This document shows positions 1 to 13,700 of a DNA stretch of 64,000 nucleotides, piece by piece. The stretch comes from the human T2T-CHM13v2.0 reference genome, Homo sapiens. The stretch is from assembly GCF_009914755.1 (NCBI RefSeq), contig NC_060937.1. The stretch is one strand, 5' to 3'. Positions within the stretch are counted from its first letter, which is position 1. Each line of letters starts with the position of its first letter. The notes beneath the pieces are model-generated. The model was given only the letters and a program-made list of their open reading frames with translations. It did no database searches and was not told the DNA's origin. The translations under genes were made by a program, and so were the position numbers.

Positions 1-3000
1 AAAATACCAAAGTACCCCAAATATATATTATATACTGTACATGAAATATCAAAGTTCACAAACTATATATTATATACTGTACATAAAATATCAAAGTACC
101 CAAGGTATATATTCTACACTGTACAAAAAATATCAAAGTACCCAAAGCATGTATTATATACTGTACATAAAATATGAAAGTACATCAAATATATATTTTA
201 TACTGTACATAAAATATCAAAGCACACTAAATATATATTCTATAGTGTACATAAAATATCAAAGTACCCAAACTATACATTATATACTGTACATAAAATA
301 TGAAATTACATCAAATATATATTATATTAGGTACATAAAATATGAAAGTACATCAAATATAGATTATATACTGTACATAAAATACCAAAGTACCCCAAAT
401 ACATATAATATACTGTACATGAAATATCAAAGTTCACAAACTATATATTATATACTGTACATAAAATATCAAAGTACCCAAGGTATATATTCTATACTGT
501 ACAAAAAATATGAAAGTACCCAAAGCATGTATTATATACTGTACACAAAATATGAAAGTACATCAAATATATATTTTATTCTGTACATAAAATATCAAAG
601 TACACCAAATATATATTCTATAGTGTACATAAAATGTCAAAGTACCCAAACTATACATTATATACTGTACATAAAATATGAAATTACATCAAATATATAT
701 TATATTAGGTACATAAAATATGAAAGTACATCAAATATAAATTATATACTGTACATAAAATACCAAAGTACCCCAAATATATATTATATACTGTACATGG
801 AATATCAAAGTTCACAAACTATATATTATATACTGTACATAAAATATCAAAGTACCCAAGGTATATATTCTATACTCTACAAAAAATATCAAAGTACCCA
901 AAGCATGTATTATATACGGTACTTAAAATATGAAAGTACATCAAATATATATTTTATTCTGTACATAAAATATCAAAGTACCCTAAGTATATATTCTATA
1001 GTGTACATAAAATATCAAAGTACCCAAACTATACATTATATACTGTACATAAAATATGAAATTACATCAAATATATATTATATTAGGTACATAAAATATG
1101 AAAGTACATCAAAGATAGATTATATACTGTACATAAAATACCAAATTCCCCCAAATACATATTATATACTGTACATGAAATATCAAAGTTCACAAACTAT
1201 ATATTATATACTGTACATAAAATATCAAAGTACCCAAGGTATATATTCTATACTGTACAAAAAATATCAAAGTACCCAAAGCAAGTATTATATACTGTAC
1301 ATAAAATATGAAAGTACATCAAATATATATTTTATTCTGTACATAAAATATCAAAGTACACCAAATATATATTCTATAGTGTACATAAAATATCAAAGTA
1401 CCCAAACTATACATTATAAACTGTACATAAAATATGAAATTACATCAAATATATACTATATTATGTACATAAAATATGAAAGTACATCAAATATAGATTA
1501 TATACTGTATGTAAAATACCAAAGTACCCAAAATAAATATTTTATACTGTACATGCAGTATCAAAGTTCACAAACTATATATTATATACTGTACATAAAA
1601 TATCAAAGTACCGAAGGTATATATTCTATACTGTACAAAAAATATCAAAGTATCCCAAGCATGTATTATATACTGTACATAAAATATGAAAGTACATCAA
1701 ATATATATTTTCTTCTGTACATAAAATATCAAAGTACACCAAATATATATTCTATAGTGTACATAAAATATAAATGTACAAAAACTATACATTATATACT
1801 GTACATAAAATATGAAATTACATCAAATATATATTATATTAGGTACCTAAAATATGAAAGTACATCAAATATAGATTATATACTGTACATAAAATACCAA
1901 AGAACCCCAAATATGTATTATATACTGTACATGAAATATCAAAGTTCACAAACTATATATTATATACTGTACATAAAATATCAAAGTACCCAAGGTATAT
2001 ATTCTATACTGTACAAAAAATATCAAAGTACCCAAAGCATGTATTATATACTGTACATAAAATATGAAAGTACATCAAATATATATTTTATTCTGTACAT
2101 AAAATATCAAAGTACACCAAATATATATTCTATAGTGTACATAAAATATCAAAGTACCCAAACTATACATTATATACTGTACATAAAACATGAAATTACA
2201 TCCAATATTTATTATATTAGGTCCATAAAATATGAAAGTACATCAAATATAAATTATATACTGTACATAAAATACCAAAGTACCCCAAATATATATTATA
2301 TACTGTACATGAAATATCAAAGTTCACAAACTATATATTATATACTGTACATAAAATATCAAAGTACCCAAGGTATATATTCTATACTGTACAAAAAATA
2401 TCAAAGTACCCAAAGCATGTATTATGTACTGTACATAAAATATGAAAGTACATCAAATATATATTTTATTCTGTACATAAAATATCAAAGTACACTAAAT
2501 ATATATTCTATAGTGCACATAAAATATCAAAGTACCCAAACTATACATTATATACTGTACATAAAATATGAAATTACATCAAATATATATTATATTAGGT
2601 ACATAAAATATGAAAGTACATCAAATATAGATTATATACTGTACATAAAATACCAAAGTACCCCAAATACATATTATATACTGTACATGAAATATCAAAG
2701 TTCACAAACTATATATTATATACTGTACATAAAATATCAAAGTACCCAAGGTATATATTCTATACTGTACAAAAAATATCAAAGTACCCAAAGCAAGTAT
2801 TATATACTGTACATAAAATATGAAAGTACATCAAATATATATTTTATTCTGTACATAAAATATCAAAGTACACCAAATATATATTCTATACTGTACATAA
2901 AATATCAAAGTACCCAAACTATACATTATATACTGTACATAAAATATGAAATTACATCAAATATATATTATATTATGTACATAAAATATGAAAGTACATC

Positions 3001-5550
3001 AAATATAAATTATATACTGTACATAAAATACCAAAGTACCCCAAATATATATTATAAACTGTACATGCAATATCAAAGTTCACAAACTATATATCATATA
3101 CTGTACATAAAATATCAAAGTACCGAAGGTATATATTCTATACTGTCCAAAAAATATCAAAGTACCCAAAGCATGTATTATATAGTGTACATAAAATATG
3201 AAAGTACATCAAATATATATTTTATTCTGTACATAAAATATCAAAGTACACCAAATATATATTCTATAGTGTACATAAAATATCAAAGTACCCAAACAAT
3301 ACATTATATACTGTACATAAAACATGAAATTACATCCAATATATATTATATTAGGTACATAAAATATGAAAGTACATCAAATATAAATTATATACTGTAC
3401 ATAAATTCCAAAGTACCCCAAATATATATTATATACTGTACATGAAATATCAAAGTTCACAAACTATATATTATATACTATACATAAAATATCAAAGTAC
3501 CCAAGGTATATATTCTACACTGTACAAAAAATATCAAAGTACCCAAAGCATGTATTATATACTGTACATAAAATATGAAAGTACATCAAATATATATTTT
3601 ATACTGTACATAAAATATCAAAGCACACTAAATATATATTCTATAGTGTACATAAAATATCAAAGTACCCAAACTATACATTATATACTGTACATAAAAT
3701 ATGAAATTACATCAAATATATATTATATTAGGTACATAAAATATGAAAGTACATCAAATATAGATTATATACTGTACATAAAATACCAAAGTACCCCAAA
3801 TACATATAATATACTGTACATGAAATATCAAAGTTCACAAACTATATATTATATACTGTACATAAAATATCAAAGTACCCAAGGTATATATTCTATACTG
3901 TACAAAAAAATCAAAGTACCCAAAGCAAGTATTATATACTGTACATCAAATATGAAAGTACATCAAATATATATTTTATTCTGTACATAAAATATCAAAG
4001 TACACCAAATATATATTCTATAGTGTACATAAAATATCAAAGTACCCAAACTATACATTATATACTGTACATAAAATATGAAATTACATCAAATATATCT
4101 TATATTAGGTACATAAAATATGAAAGTACATCAAATATAAATTATATACTGTACATAAAATACCAAAGTACCCCAAATATATATTATAAACTGTATATGC
4201 AATATCAAAGTTCACAAACTATATATCATATACTGTACATAAAATATCAAAGTACCGAAGGTATATATTCTATACTGTCCAAAAAATATCAAAGTACCCA
4301 AAGCATGTATTATATACTGTACATAAAATATGAAAGTACATCAAATATATATTTTATTCTGTACATAAAATATCAAAGTACACCAAATATATATTCTATA
4401 GTGTACATAAAATATCAAAGTACCCAAACTATACATTATATACTGTACATAAAATATGAAATTACATCAAATATATATTATATTAGGTACATGAAATATG
4501 AAAGTACATCAAATATAGATTATATACTGTACATAATATACCAAAGTACCCCAAATATATATTTTATACTGTCCATGAAATATCCAAGTTCACAAACTAT
4601 ATATTATGTACTGTACATAAAATATCAAAGTACCCAAGGTATACATTTTATACTGTACAAAAAATATCAAAGTACCGAAAGCATGTATTATATACTGTAC
4701 ATAAAATATGAAAGTACATGAAATATATATTTTATTCTGTACAAAAAATATCAAAGTACACCAAATATATATTCTATAGTGTACATAAAATATCAAAGTA
4801 CCCAAACTATACATTATATACTGTACATAAAATATGAAATTACATCAAATAAATATTATGTTATGTACAGAAAATATGAAAATACATCAAATATAGATTA
4901 TATACTGTACATAAAATATCAAAGCACCCCAAATATATATTATATACTCTACATGAAATATCAAATTTCACAAACTATATATTATATACTGCACATAAAA
5001 TATCATAGTACCCAAGGTATATATTCTATACTCTACAAAAAATATCAAAGAACCCAAAGCATGTATTATATACTGTACATAAAATATGAAAGTACATCAA
5101 ATATATATTTTATTCTGTACATAAAATATCAAAGTATACCAAATATATATTCTATACTGTACATAAAATATCAAAGTACCCAAACTATACATTATATAGT
5201 GTACATAAAATATGAAATTACATCAAATATATATTATATTAGGTACAGAAAATATGAAAATACATCCAATATAGATTATATACTGTACATAAAATACCAA
5301 AGGACCACAAATGTATATTTTATACTGTACATGAAATATCAAAGTTCACAAGCTATATATCATATACTGTACATAAAATATCAAAGTACTCAAGGTATAT
5401 ATTCTATACTGTACAAAAAATATCAAAGTACCCAAAACATGTATTATATACTGTACATAAAATATGAAAGTACATCAAATATATATTTTATTCTGTACAT
5501 AAAATATCAAAGTACACCAAATATATATTCTATAGTGTACATAAAATATC
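1..5550 (+). repeat. Partial copy of the 11.9-kb super-repeat (offset 11,491/11,492 to 11,492-17,040)
   Basis: ORF 41..3445 is nearly identical to the C-terminal part of ORF 10776..14936. 3442->14933 = 11,491 and 4779->16271 = 11,492, after a 1-bp deletion at ~3910. Shared rare variants include aaaatgtcaa, tacggtactt, aaattccccc and taaatgtacaaaa. Confidence 0.9.
41..418 (+). repeat. Representative 378-bp higher-order repeat (9 x 42-bp monomers M1-M9)
   Basis: The ATGAAATATCAAAGTTCACAAAC landmark recurs at 41, 419, 797 (variant), and so on every 378 bp. The nine monomers are distinguishable: M1 gttcacaaactata, M2 acccaaggtata, M3 aaaaaa..caaagcatg, M4 gaaagtacatc..tttt, M5 acac(c/t)aaat..tctatagtg, M6 acccaaactatacat, M7 gaaattacatc..ttagg, M8 gaaagtacatc..ag/aatt, M9 taccaaagtacccc. 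Confidence 0.95.
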
Positions 5551-8500
5551 AAAGTACCCAAACTATACATTATATACTGTACATAAAATATGAAATTACA
5601 TCAAATATATATTATATTAGGTACAGAAAATATGAAAGTACATCAAATATAGATTATATACTCTACATAAAATATCAAAGTACCCCAAATATATATAATA
5701 TACTGTACATGAAATATCAAAGTTCACAAACTATATATTATATACTGTACATAAAATATGAGTGTACCCAAGGTATATATTCTATACTATACAAAAAGTA
5801 TCAAAGTACCCAAAACATGTATTATATACTGTACATAAAATATGAAAGTGTATCAAATATATATTTTATTCTGTACATAAAATATAAAAGTACACCAAAT
5901 ATATATTCTATACTGTACATAAAATATCAAAGTACCCAAACTATACATTATATACAGTACATAAAATATGAAATTACATCAAATATATATTAGTTAAGTA
6001 AAATATGAAAGTACGTCAAATATAGATTATATACTGTACATAAAATACCAAAGTACCCCAAATATATATATTATATTGTACATGAAATATGAAAGTTCAC
6101 AAACTATATATTATATACTATACATAAAATATCAAAGTACCCAAGGTATATATTCTATACTGTACAAAAATATCAAAGTACCCAAAGCATGTATTATATA
6201 CTGTACATAAAATATGAAAGTACATCAAATATATATTTAATTGTGTACATAAAATATCAAAGTACACCAAATATGTATTCTATAGTGTACATAAAATATC
6301 AAAGTACCCAAACTATACATTATATACTGTACATAAAATATGAAATTACATCAAATATATATTATATTAGGTACATAAAATATGAAAGTACATCAAATAT
6401 AGATTATATACTGTACATAAAATACCAAAGAACCCCAAATATATATTATATACTGTACATGAAATATCAAAGTTCACAAACTATATATTATATACTGTAC
6501 ATAAAATATCAAAGTACCCAAGGTATACATTATATACTGTACACAAAATATGAAATTACATCAAATATATGTTATATTAGGTACATAAATTATGAAAGTA
6601 CATCAAATATAAATTATATACTGTACATAAAATATCAAATTACCTCAAATATATATTATATACTGTACATGAAATATCAAAGTTCACAAACTATATATTA
6701 TATACTGTACATAAAATATCAAAGTACCCAAGGTATATATTCTATACTGTACAAAAAATATCAAAGTACCCAAACATGTATTATATACTGTTCATAAAAT
6801 ATGAAAGTACATCAAATATATATTTAATTCTTTACATAAAATATCAAAGTACACCAAATATATATTCTATACTGTACATAAAATATCAAAGTACCCAAAC
6901 TATACATTATATACTGTACATAAAATATGAAATTACATCAAATATATATTATATTAGGTACAGAAAATATGAAAGTACATCAAATATAGATTATATAATG
7001 TACATAAATCACCAAAGTACCCCAAATATATATTTTATACTGTACATGAAATATCAAACTTCAGAAACTATATATTATATACTGTACATAAAATATCAAA
7101 GTACTGAAAGTATATATTCTATACTGTACAAAAAATATCAAAGTACCCAAAGCATGTATTATATACTGTACATGAAATATGAAAGTACATCAAATATATA
7201 TTTTATTCTGTACATAAAATATCAAAGTACACCAAATATATATTCTTTACTGTACATAAAATATCAAAGTACCCAAACTATACATTATATACTTTACATA
7301 AAATATGAAATTACATCAAATATATATTATATTAGGTACATAAAATATGAAAGTACATCAAATATAGATTATATACTGTACATAAAATACCAAAGTACCC
7401 CAAATATATATTTTATACTGTACATGAAATATCAAAGTTCACAAACTATATATTATATACTGTACATAAAATATCAAAGTACTCAAGGTATATATTCTAT
7501 ACTGTACAAAAAATATCAAAGTACCCAAAGCATGTATTATATACTGTACATAAAATATGAAAGTACATGAAATATATATTTTATTGTGTACAAAAAATAT
7601 CAAAGTACACCAAATATATATTCTATACTGTACATAAAATATCAAAGTACCCAAACTATACATTATATACTGTACATAAAATATGAAATTACATCAAATA
7701 TATATTAGTTACATAAAAAATGAAAGTAGATCAAATATAGATTATATCCTGTACATAAAATACCAAAGTACCCCAAATAAATATTTTATACTGTACATGA
7801 AATATCAAAGTTCACAAACTATATATTATATACTGCACATAAAATATCAAATCACCCAAGGTATATATTCTATACTGTACAAAAAATATCAAAGTACCCA
7901 AAGCATGTATTATATACTGTACATAAAATATGAAAGTACATCAAATATATATTTTATTCTGTACATAAAATATCAAAGTACACCAAATATATGTTCTATA
8001 CTGTACATAAAATATCAAAGTACCCATACTATACATTATATACTGTACATAAAATATGAAATTACATCAAATATATATTATATTAGATACAGAAAATATG
8101 AAAATGCATCAAATATAGATTATATACTGTACATAAAATACCAAAGTACCCCAAATATATATTTTATACTGTACATGAAATATCAAAGTTCACAAACTAT
8201 ATATTATATACTGCACATAAATTATCAAATCACCCAAGGTATATATTCTATACTGTACAAAAAATATCAAAGTACCCAAAGCATGTATTATATACTGTAC
8301 ATAAAATATGAAAGTACATCAAATATATATTTTATTTTGTACATAAAATATTAAAGTACACCAAATATATATTCTATAGTGTACATAAAATATCAAAGTA
8401 CCCAAACTATACATTATATACTGTACATAAAATATGAAATTACATCAAATATATATTATATTAGGTACATAAAATATGAAAGTACATCAAATATAGATTA

Positions 8501-9450
8501 TATACTGTACATAAAATACCAAAGTACCCCAAATATATATATTATATTGTACATGAAATATCAAAGTTCACAAACTATATATTATATACTGTACATAAAA
8601 TATCAAAGTACCCAAGGTATATATTCTATACTGTACAAAAAATATCAAAGTACCCAAAGCATGTATTATGTACTGTACATAAAATATGAAAGTACATCAA
8701 ATATATATTTTATTCTGTACATAAAATATCAAAGTACACTAAATATATATTCTATAGTGCACATAAAATATCAAAGTACCCAAACTATACATTATATACT
8801 GTACATAAAATATGAAATTACATCAAATATATATTATATTAGGTACATAAAATATGAAAGTACATCAAATATAGATTATATACTGTACATAAAATACCAA
8901 AGTACCCCAAATACATATTATATACTGTACATGAAATATCAAAGTTCACAAACTATATAGTATATACTGTACATAAAATATCAAAGTACCCAAGGTATAT
9001 ATTCTATACTGTACAAAAAATATCAAAGTACCCAAAGCAAGTATTATATACTGTACATAAAATATGAAAGTACATCAAATATATATTTTATTCTGTACAT
9101 AAAATATCAAAGTACACCAAATATATATTCTATACTGTACAAAAAATATCAAAGTACCCAAAGCAAGTATTATATACTGTACATAAAATATGAAATTACA
9201 TCAAATATATATTATATTATGTACATAAAATATGAAAGTACATCAAATATAAATTATATACTGTACATAAAATACCAAAGTACCCCAAATATATATTATA
9301 AACTGTACATGCAATATCAAAGTTCACAAACTATATATCATATACTGTACATAAAATATCAAAGTACCGAAGGTATATATTCTATACTGTCCAAAAAATA
9401 TCAAAGTACCCAAAGCATGTATTATATACTGTACATAAAATATGAAAGTA
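5551..9450 (+). repeat. Diverged mosaic HOR block between super-repeat copies
   Basis: The 11.5-kb offset is lost. The block has more indels and stops (5993, 6170, 6775, 7705), a 5-mer HOR at 6459-6668, and pieces resembling 17.3-18.4 kb and 19.7-20.6 kb in altered order. Confidence 0.75.
6459..6668 (+). repeat. Truncated 5-mer HOR (210 bp), M2/M6 fusion
   Basis: Hybrid monomer acccaaggtata-cattat runs directly into M7. M1 landmarks are 210 bp apart. Confidence 0.85.
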
Positions 9451-10441
9451 CATCAAATATATATTTTATTCTGTACATAAAATATCAAAGTACACCAAAT
9501 ATATATTCTATAGTGTACATAAAATATCAAAGTACCCAAACTATACATTATATACTGTAGATAAAACATGAAATTACATCCAATATATATTATATTAGGT
9601 ACATAAAATATGAAAGTACATCAAATATAAATTATATACTGTACATAAATTCCAAAGTACCCCAAATATATATTATATACTGTACATGAAATATCAAAGT
9701 TCACAAACTATATATTATATACTATACATAAAATATCAAAGTACCCACGGTATATATTCTACACTGTACAAAAAATATCAAAGTACCCAAAGCATGTATT
9801 ATATACTGTACATAAAATATGAAAGTACATCAAATATATATTTTATACTGTACATAAAATATCAAAGTACACTAAATATATATTCTATAGTGTACATAAA
9901 ATATCAAAGTACCCAAACTATACATTATATACTGTACAGAAAATATGAAATTACATCAAATATATATTATATTAGGTATATAAAATATGAAAGTACATCA
10001 AATATAGATTATATACTGTACATAAAATACCAAAGTACCCCAAATACATATTATATACTGTACATGAAATATCAAAGTTCACAAACTATATATTATATAC
10101 TGTACATAAAATATCAAAGTACCCATGGTATATATTCTATACTGTACAAAAAATATCAAAGTACCCAAAGCAAGTAGTATATACTGTACATAAAATATGA
10201 AAGTACATCAAATATATATTTCATTCTGTACATAAAATATCAAAGTACACCAAATATATATTCCATAGTGTACATAAAATATCAAAGTACCCAAACTATA
10301 CATTATATACTGTACATAAAATATGAAATTACATCAAATATATATTATATTACATACATAAAATATGAAAGTACATCAAATATAAATTATATACTGTACA
10401 TAAAATACCAAAGTACACCAAATATATATTATATACTGTAC

Positions 10442-10775
10442 ATGAAATATCAAAGTTCACAAACTATATATTATATACTGTACATAAAATATCAAAGTAC
10501 CCAAGGTATATATTCTATACTGTACAAAAAATATCAAAGTACGCAAAGCATGTATTATATACTGTTAATAAAATATGAAAGTACATCAAATATATATTTT
10601 ATTCTGTACATAAAATATCAAAGTACCCAAACAATACATTATATACTGTACATAAAATATGAAATTACATCAAATATATATTATAATAGGTACACAAAAT
10701 ATGAAAGTACATCAAATATAAATTATATACTGTACATAAAATACCAAAGAACCCCAAATATATTATATACTGTAC
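10442..10775 (+). repeat. Truncated 8-mer HOR (M5 missing, plus a 2-bp deletion); repeated at 22318-22651 and 34194-34527
   Basis: M4 is followed directly by M6. M1 landmarks are 334 bp apart (336-2). Confidence 0.85.
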
Positions 10776-13700
10776 ATGAAATATCAAAGTTCAGAAACTA
10801 TATATTATATACTGTTCATAAAATATCAAAGTACCGAAAGTATATATTCTATACTATACAAAAAATATCAAAGTACCCAAAGCATGTATTATATACTGTT
10901 CATAAAATATGAAAGTACATCAAATATATATTTTATTCTGTACATAAAATATCAAAGTACACTAAATATATATTCTATAGTGTACATAAAATATCAAAGT
11001 ACCCAAACTATACATTATATACTGTACATAAAATATGAAATTACATCAAATATATATTATATTAGGTACATAAAATATGAAAGTACATCAAATATATATT
11101 ATATACTGTACATAACATACCAAAGTACCCCAAATACATATTATATACTGTACATGAAATATCAAAATTCACAAACTATATATTACTTACTGTACATAAA
11201 ATATCAAAGTACCGAAGGTATATATTCTATACTGTACAAAACATATCAAAGTACCCAAAGCATGTATTATATAGTGTACATAAAATATGAAAGCACATCA
11301 AATATATATTTTATTCTGTACATAAAATATCAAAGTACACCAAATATATATTCTATAGTGTACATAAAATATCAAAGTACCCAAACTATACATTATATAC
11401 TGTACATAAAACATGAAATTACATCCAATATATATTATATTAGGTACATAAAATATGAAAGTACATCAAATATAAATTATATACTGTACATAAAATACCA
11501 AAGTACCCCAAATATATATTATATACTGTACATGAAATATCAAAGTTCACAAACTATATATTATATACTGTACATAAAATATCAAAGTACCCAAGGTATA
11601 TATTCTACACTGTACAAAAAATATCAAAGTACCCAAAGCATGTATTATATACTGTACATAAAATATGAAAGTACATCAAATATATATTTTATACTGTACA
11701 TAAAATATCAAAGCACACTAAATATATATTCTATAGTGTACATAAAATATCAAAGTACCCAAACTATACATTATATACTGTACATAAAATATGAAATTAC
11801 ATCAAATATATATTATATTAGGTACATAAAATATGAAAGTACATCAAATATAGATTATATACTGTACATAAAATACCAAAGTACCCCAAATACATATAAT
11901 ATACTGTACATGAAATATCAAAGTTCACAAACTATATATTATATACTGTACATAAAATATCAAAGTACCCAAGGTATATATTCTATACTGTACAAAAAAT
12001 ATCAAAGTACCCAAAGCATGTATTATATACTGTACACAAAATATGAAAGTACATCAAATATATATTTTATTCTGTACATAAAATATCAAAGTACACCAAA
12101 TATATATTCTATAGTGTACATAAAATGTCAAAGTACCCAAACTATACATTATATACTGTACATAAAATATGAAATTACATCAAATATATATTATATTAGG
12201 TACATAAAATATGAAAGTACATCAAATATAAATTATATACTGTACATAAAATACCAAAGTACCCCAAATATATATTATATACTGTACATGGAATATCAAA
12301 GTTCACAAACTATATATTATATACTGTACATAAAATATCAAAGTACCCAAGGTATATATTCTATACTCTACAAAAAATATCAAAGTACCCAAAGCATGTA
12401 TTATATACGGTACTTAAAATATGAAAGTACATCAAATATATATTTTATTCTGTACATAAAATATCAAAGTACCCTAAGTATATATTCTATAGTGTACATA
12501 AAATATCAAAGTACCCAAACTATACATTATATACTGTACATAAAATATGAAATTACATCAAATATATATTATATTAGGTACATAAAATATGAAAGTACAT
12601 CAAAGATAGATTATATACTGTACATAAAATACCAAATTCCCCCAAATACATATTATATACTGTACATGAAATATCAAAGTTCACAAACTATATATTATAT
12701 ACTGTACATAAAATATCAAAGTACCCAAGGTATATATTCTATACTGTACAAAAAATATCAAAGTACCCAAAGCAAGTATTATATACTGTACATAAAATAT
12801 GAAAGTACATCAAATATATATTTTATTCTGTACATAAAATATCAAAGTACACCAAATATATATTCTATAGTGTACATAAAATATCAAAGTACCCAAACTA
12901 TACATTATAAACTGTACATAAAATATGAAATTACATCAAATATATACTATATTATGTACATAAAATATGAAAGTACATCAAATATAGATTATATACTGTA
13001 TGTAAAATACCAAAGTACCCAAAATAAATATTTTATACTGTACATGCAGTATCAAAGTTCACAAACTATATATTATATACTGTACATAAAATATCAAAGT
13101 ACCGAAGGTATATATTCTATACTGTACAAAAAATATCAAAGTATCCCAAGCATGTATTATATACTGTACATAAAATATGAAAGTACATCAAATATATATT
13201 TTCTTCTGTACATAAAATATCAAAGTACACCAAATATATATTCTATAGTGTACATAAAATATAAATGTACAAAAACTATACATTATATACTGTACATAAA
13301 ATATGAAATTACATCAAATATATATTATATTAGGTACCTAAAATATGAAAGTACATCAAATATAGATTATATACTGTACATAAAATACCAAAGAACCCCA
13401 AATATGTATTATATACTGTACATGAAATATCAAAGTTCACAAACTATATATTATATACTGTACATAAAATATCAAAGTACCCAAGGTATATATTCTATAC
13501 TGTACAAAAAATATCAAAGTACCCAAAGCATGTATTATATACTGTACATAAAATATGAAAGTACATCAAATATATATTTTATTCTGTACATAAAATATCA
13601 AAGTACACCAAATATATATTCTATAGTGTACATAAAATATCAAAGTACCCAAACTATACATTATATACTGTACATAAAACATGAAATTACATCCAATATT

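Noticed and set aside
3405-3445. Programmed frameshift or ATGA-overlap translational coupling between consecutive ORFs
   Set aside because: The overlap follows from a 1-bp deletion (cataaattcc) upstream of the consensus ATGA in M1. It is simply copied with the repeat.
4590-4814. Short - strand ORFs (also 7439-7663, 16082-16306, 27958-28182, 52561-52773)
   Set aside because: These are the reverse complement of the same satellite, opened by chance substitutions.
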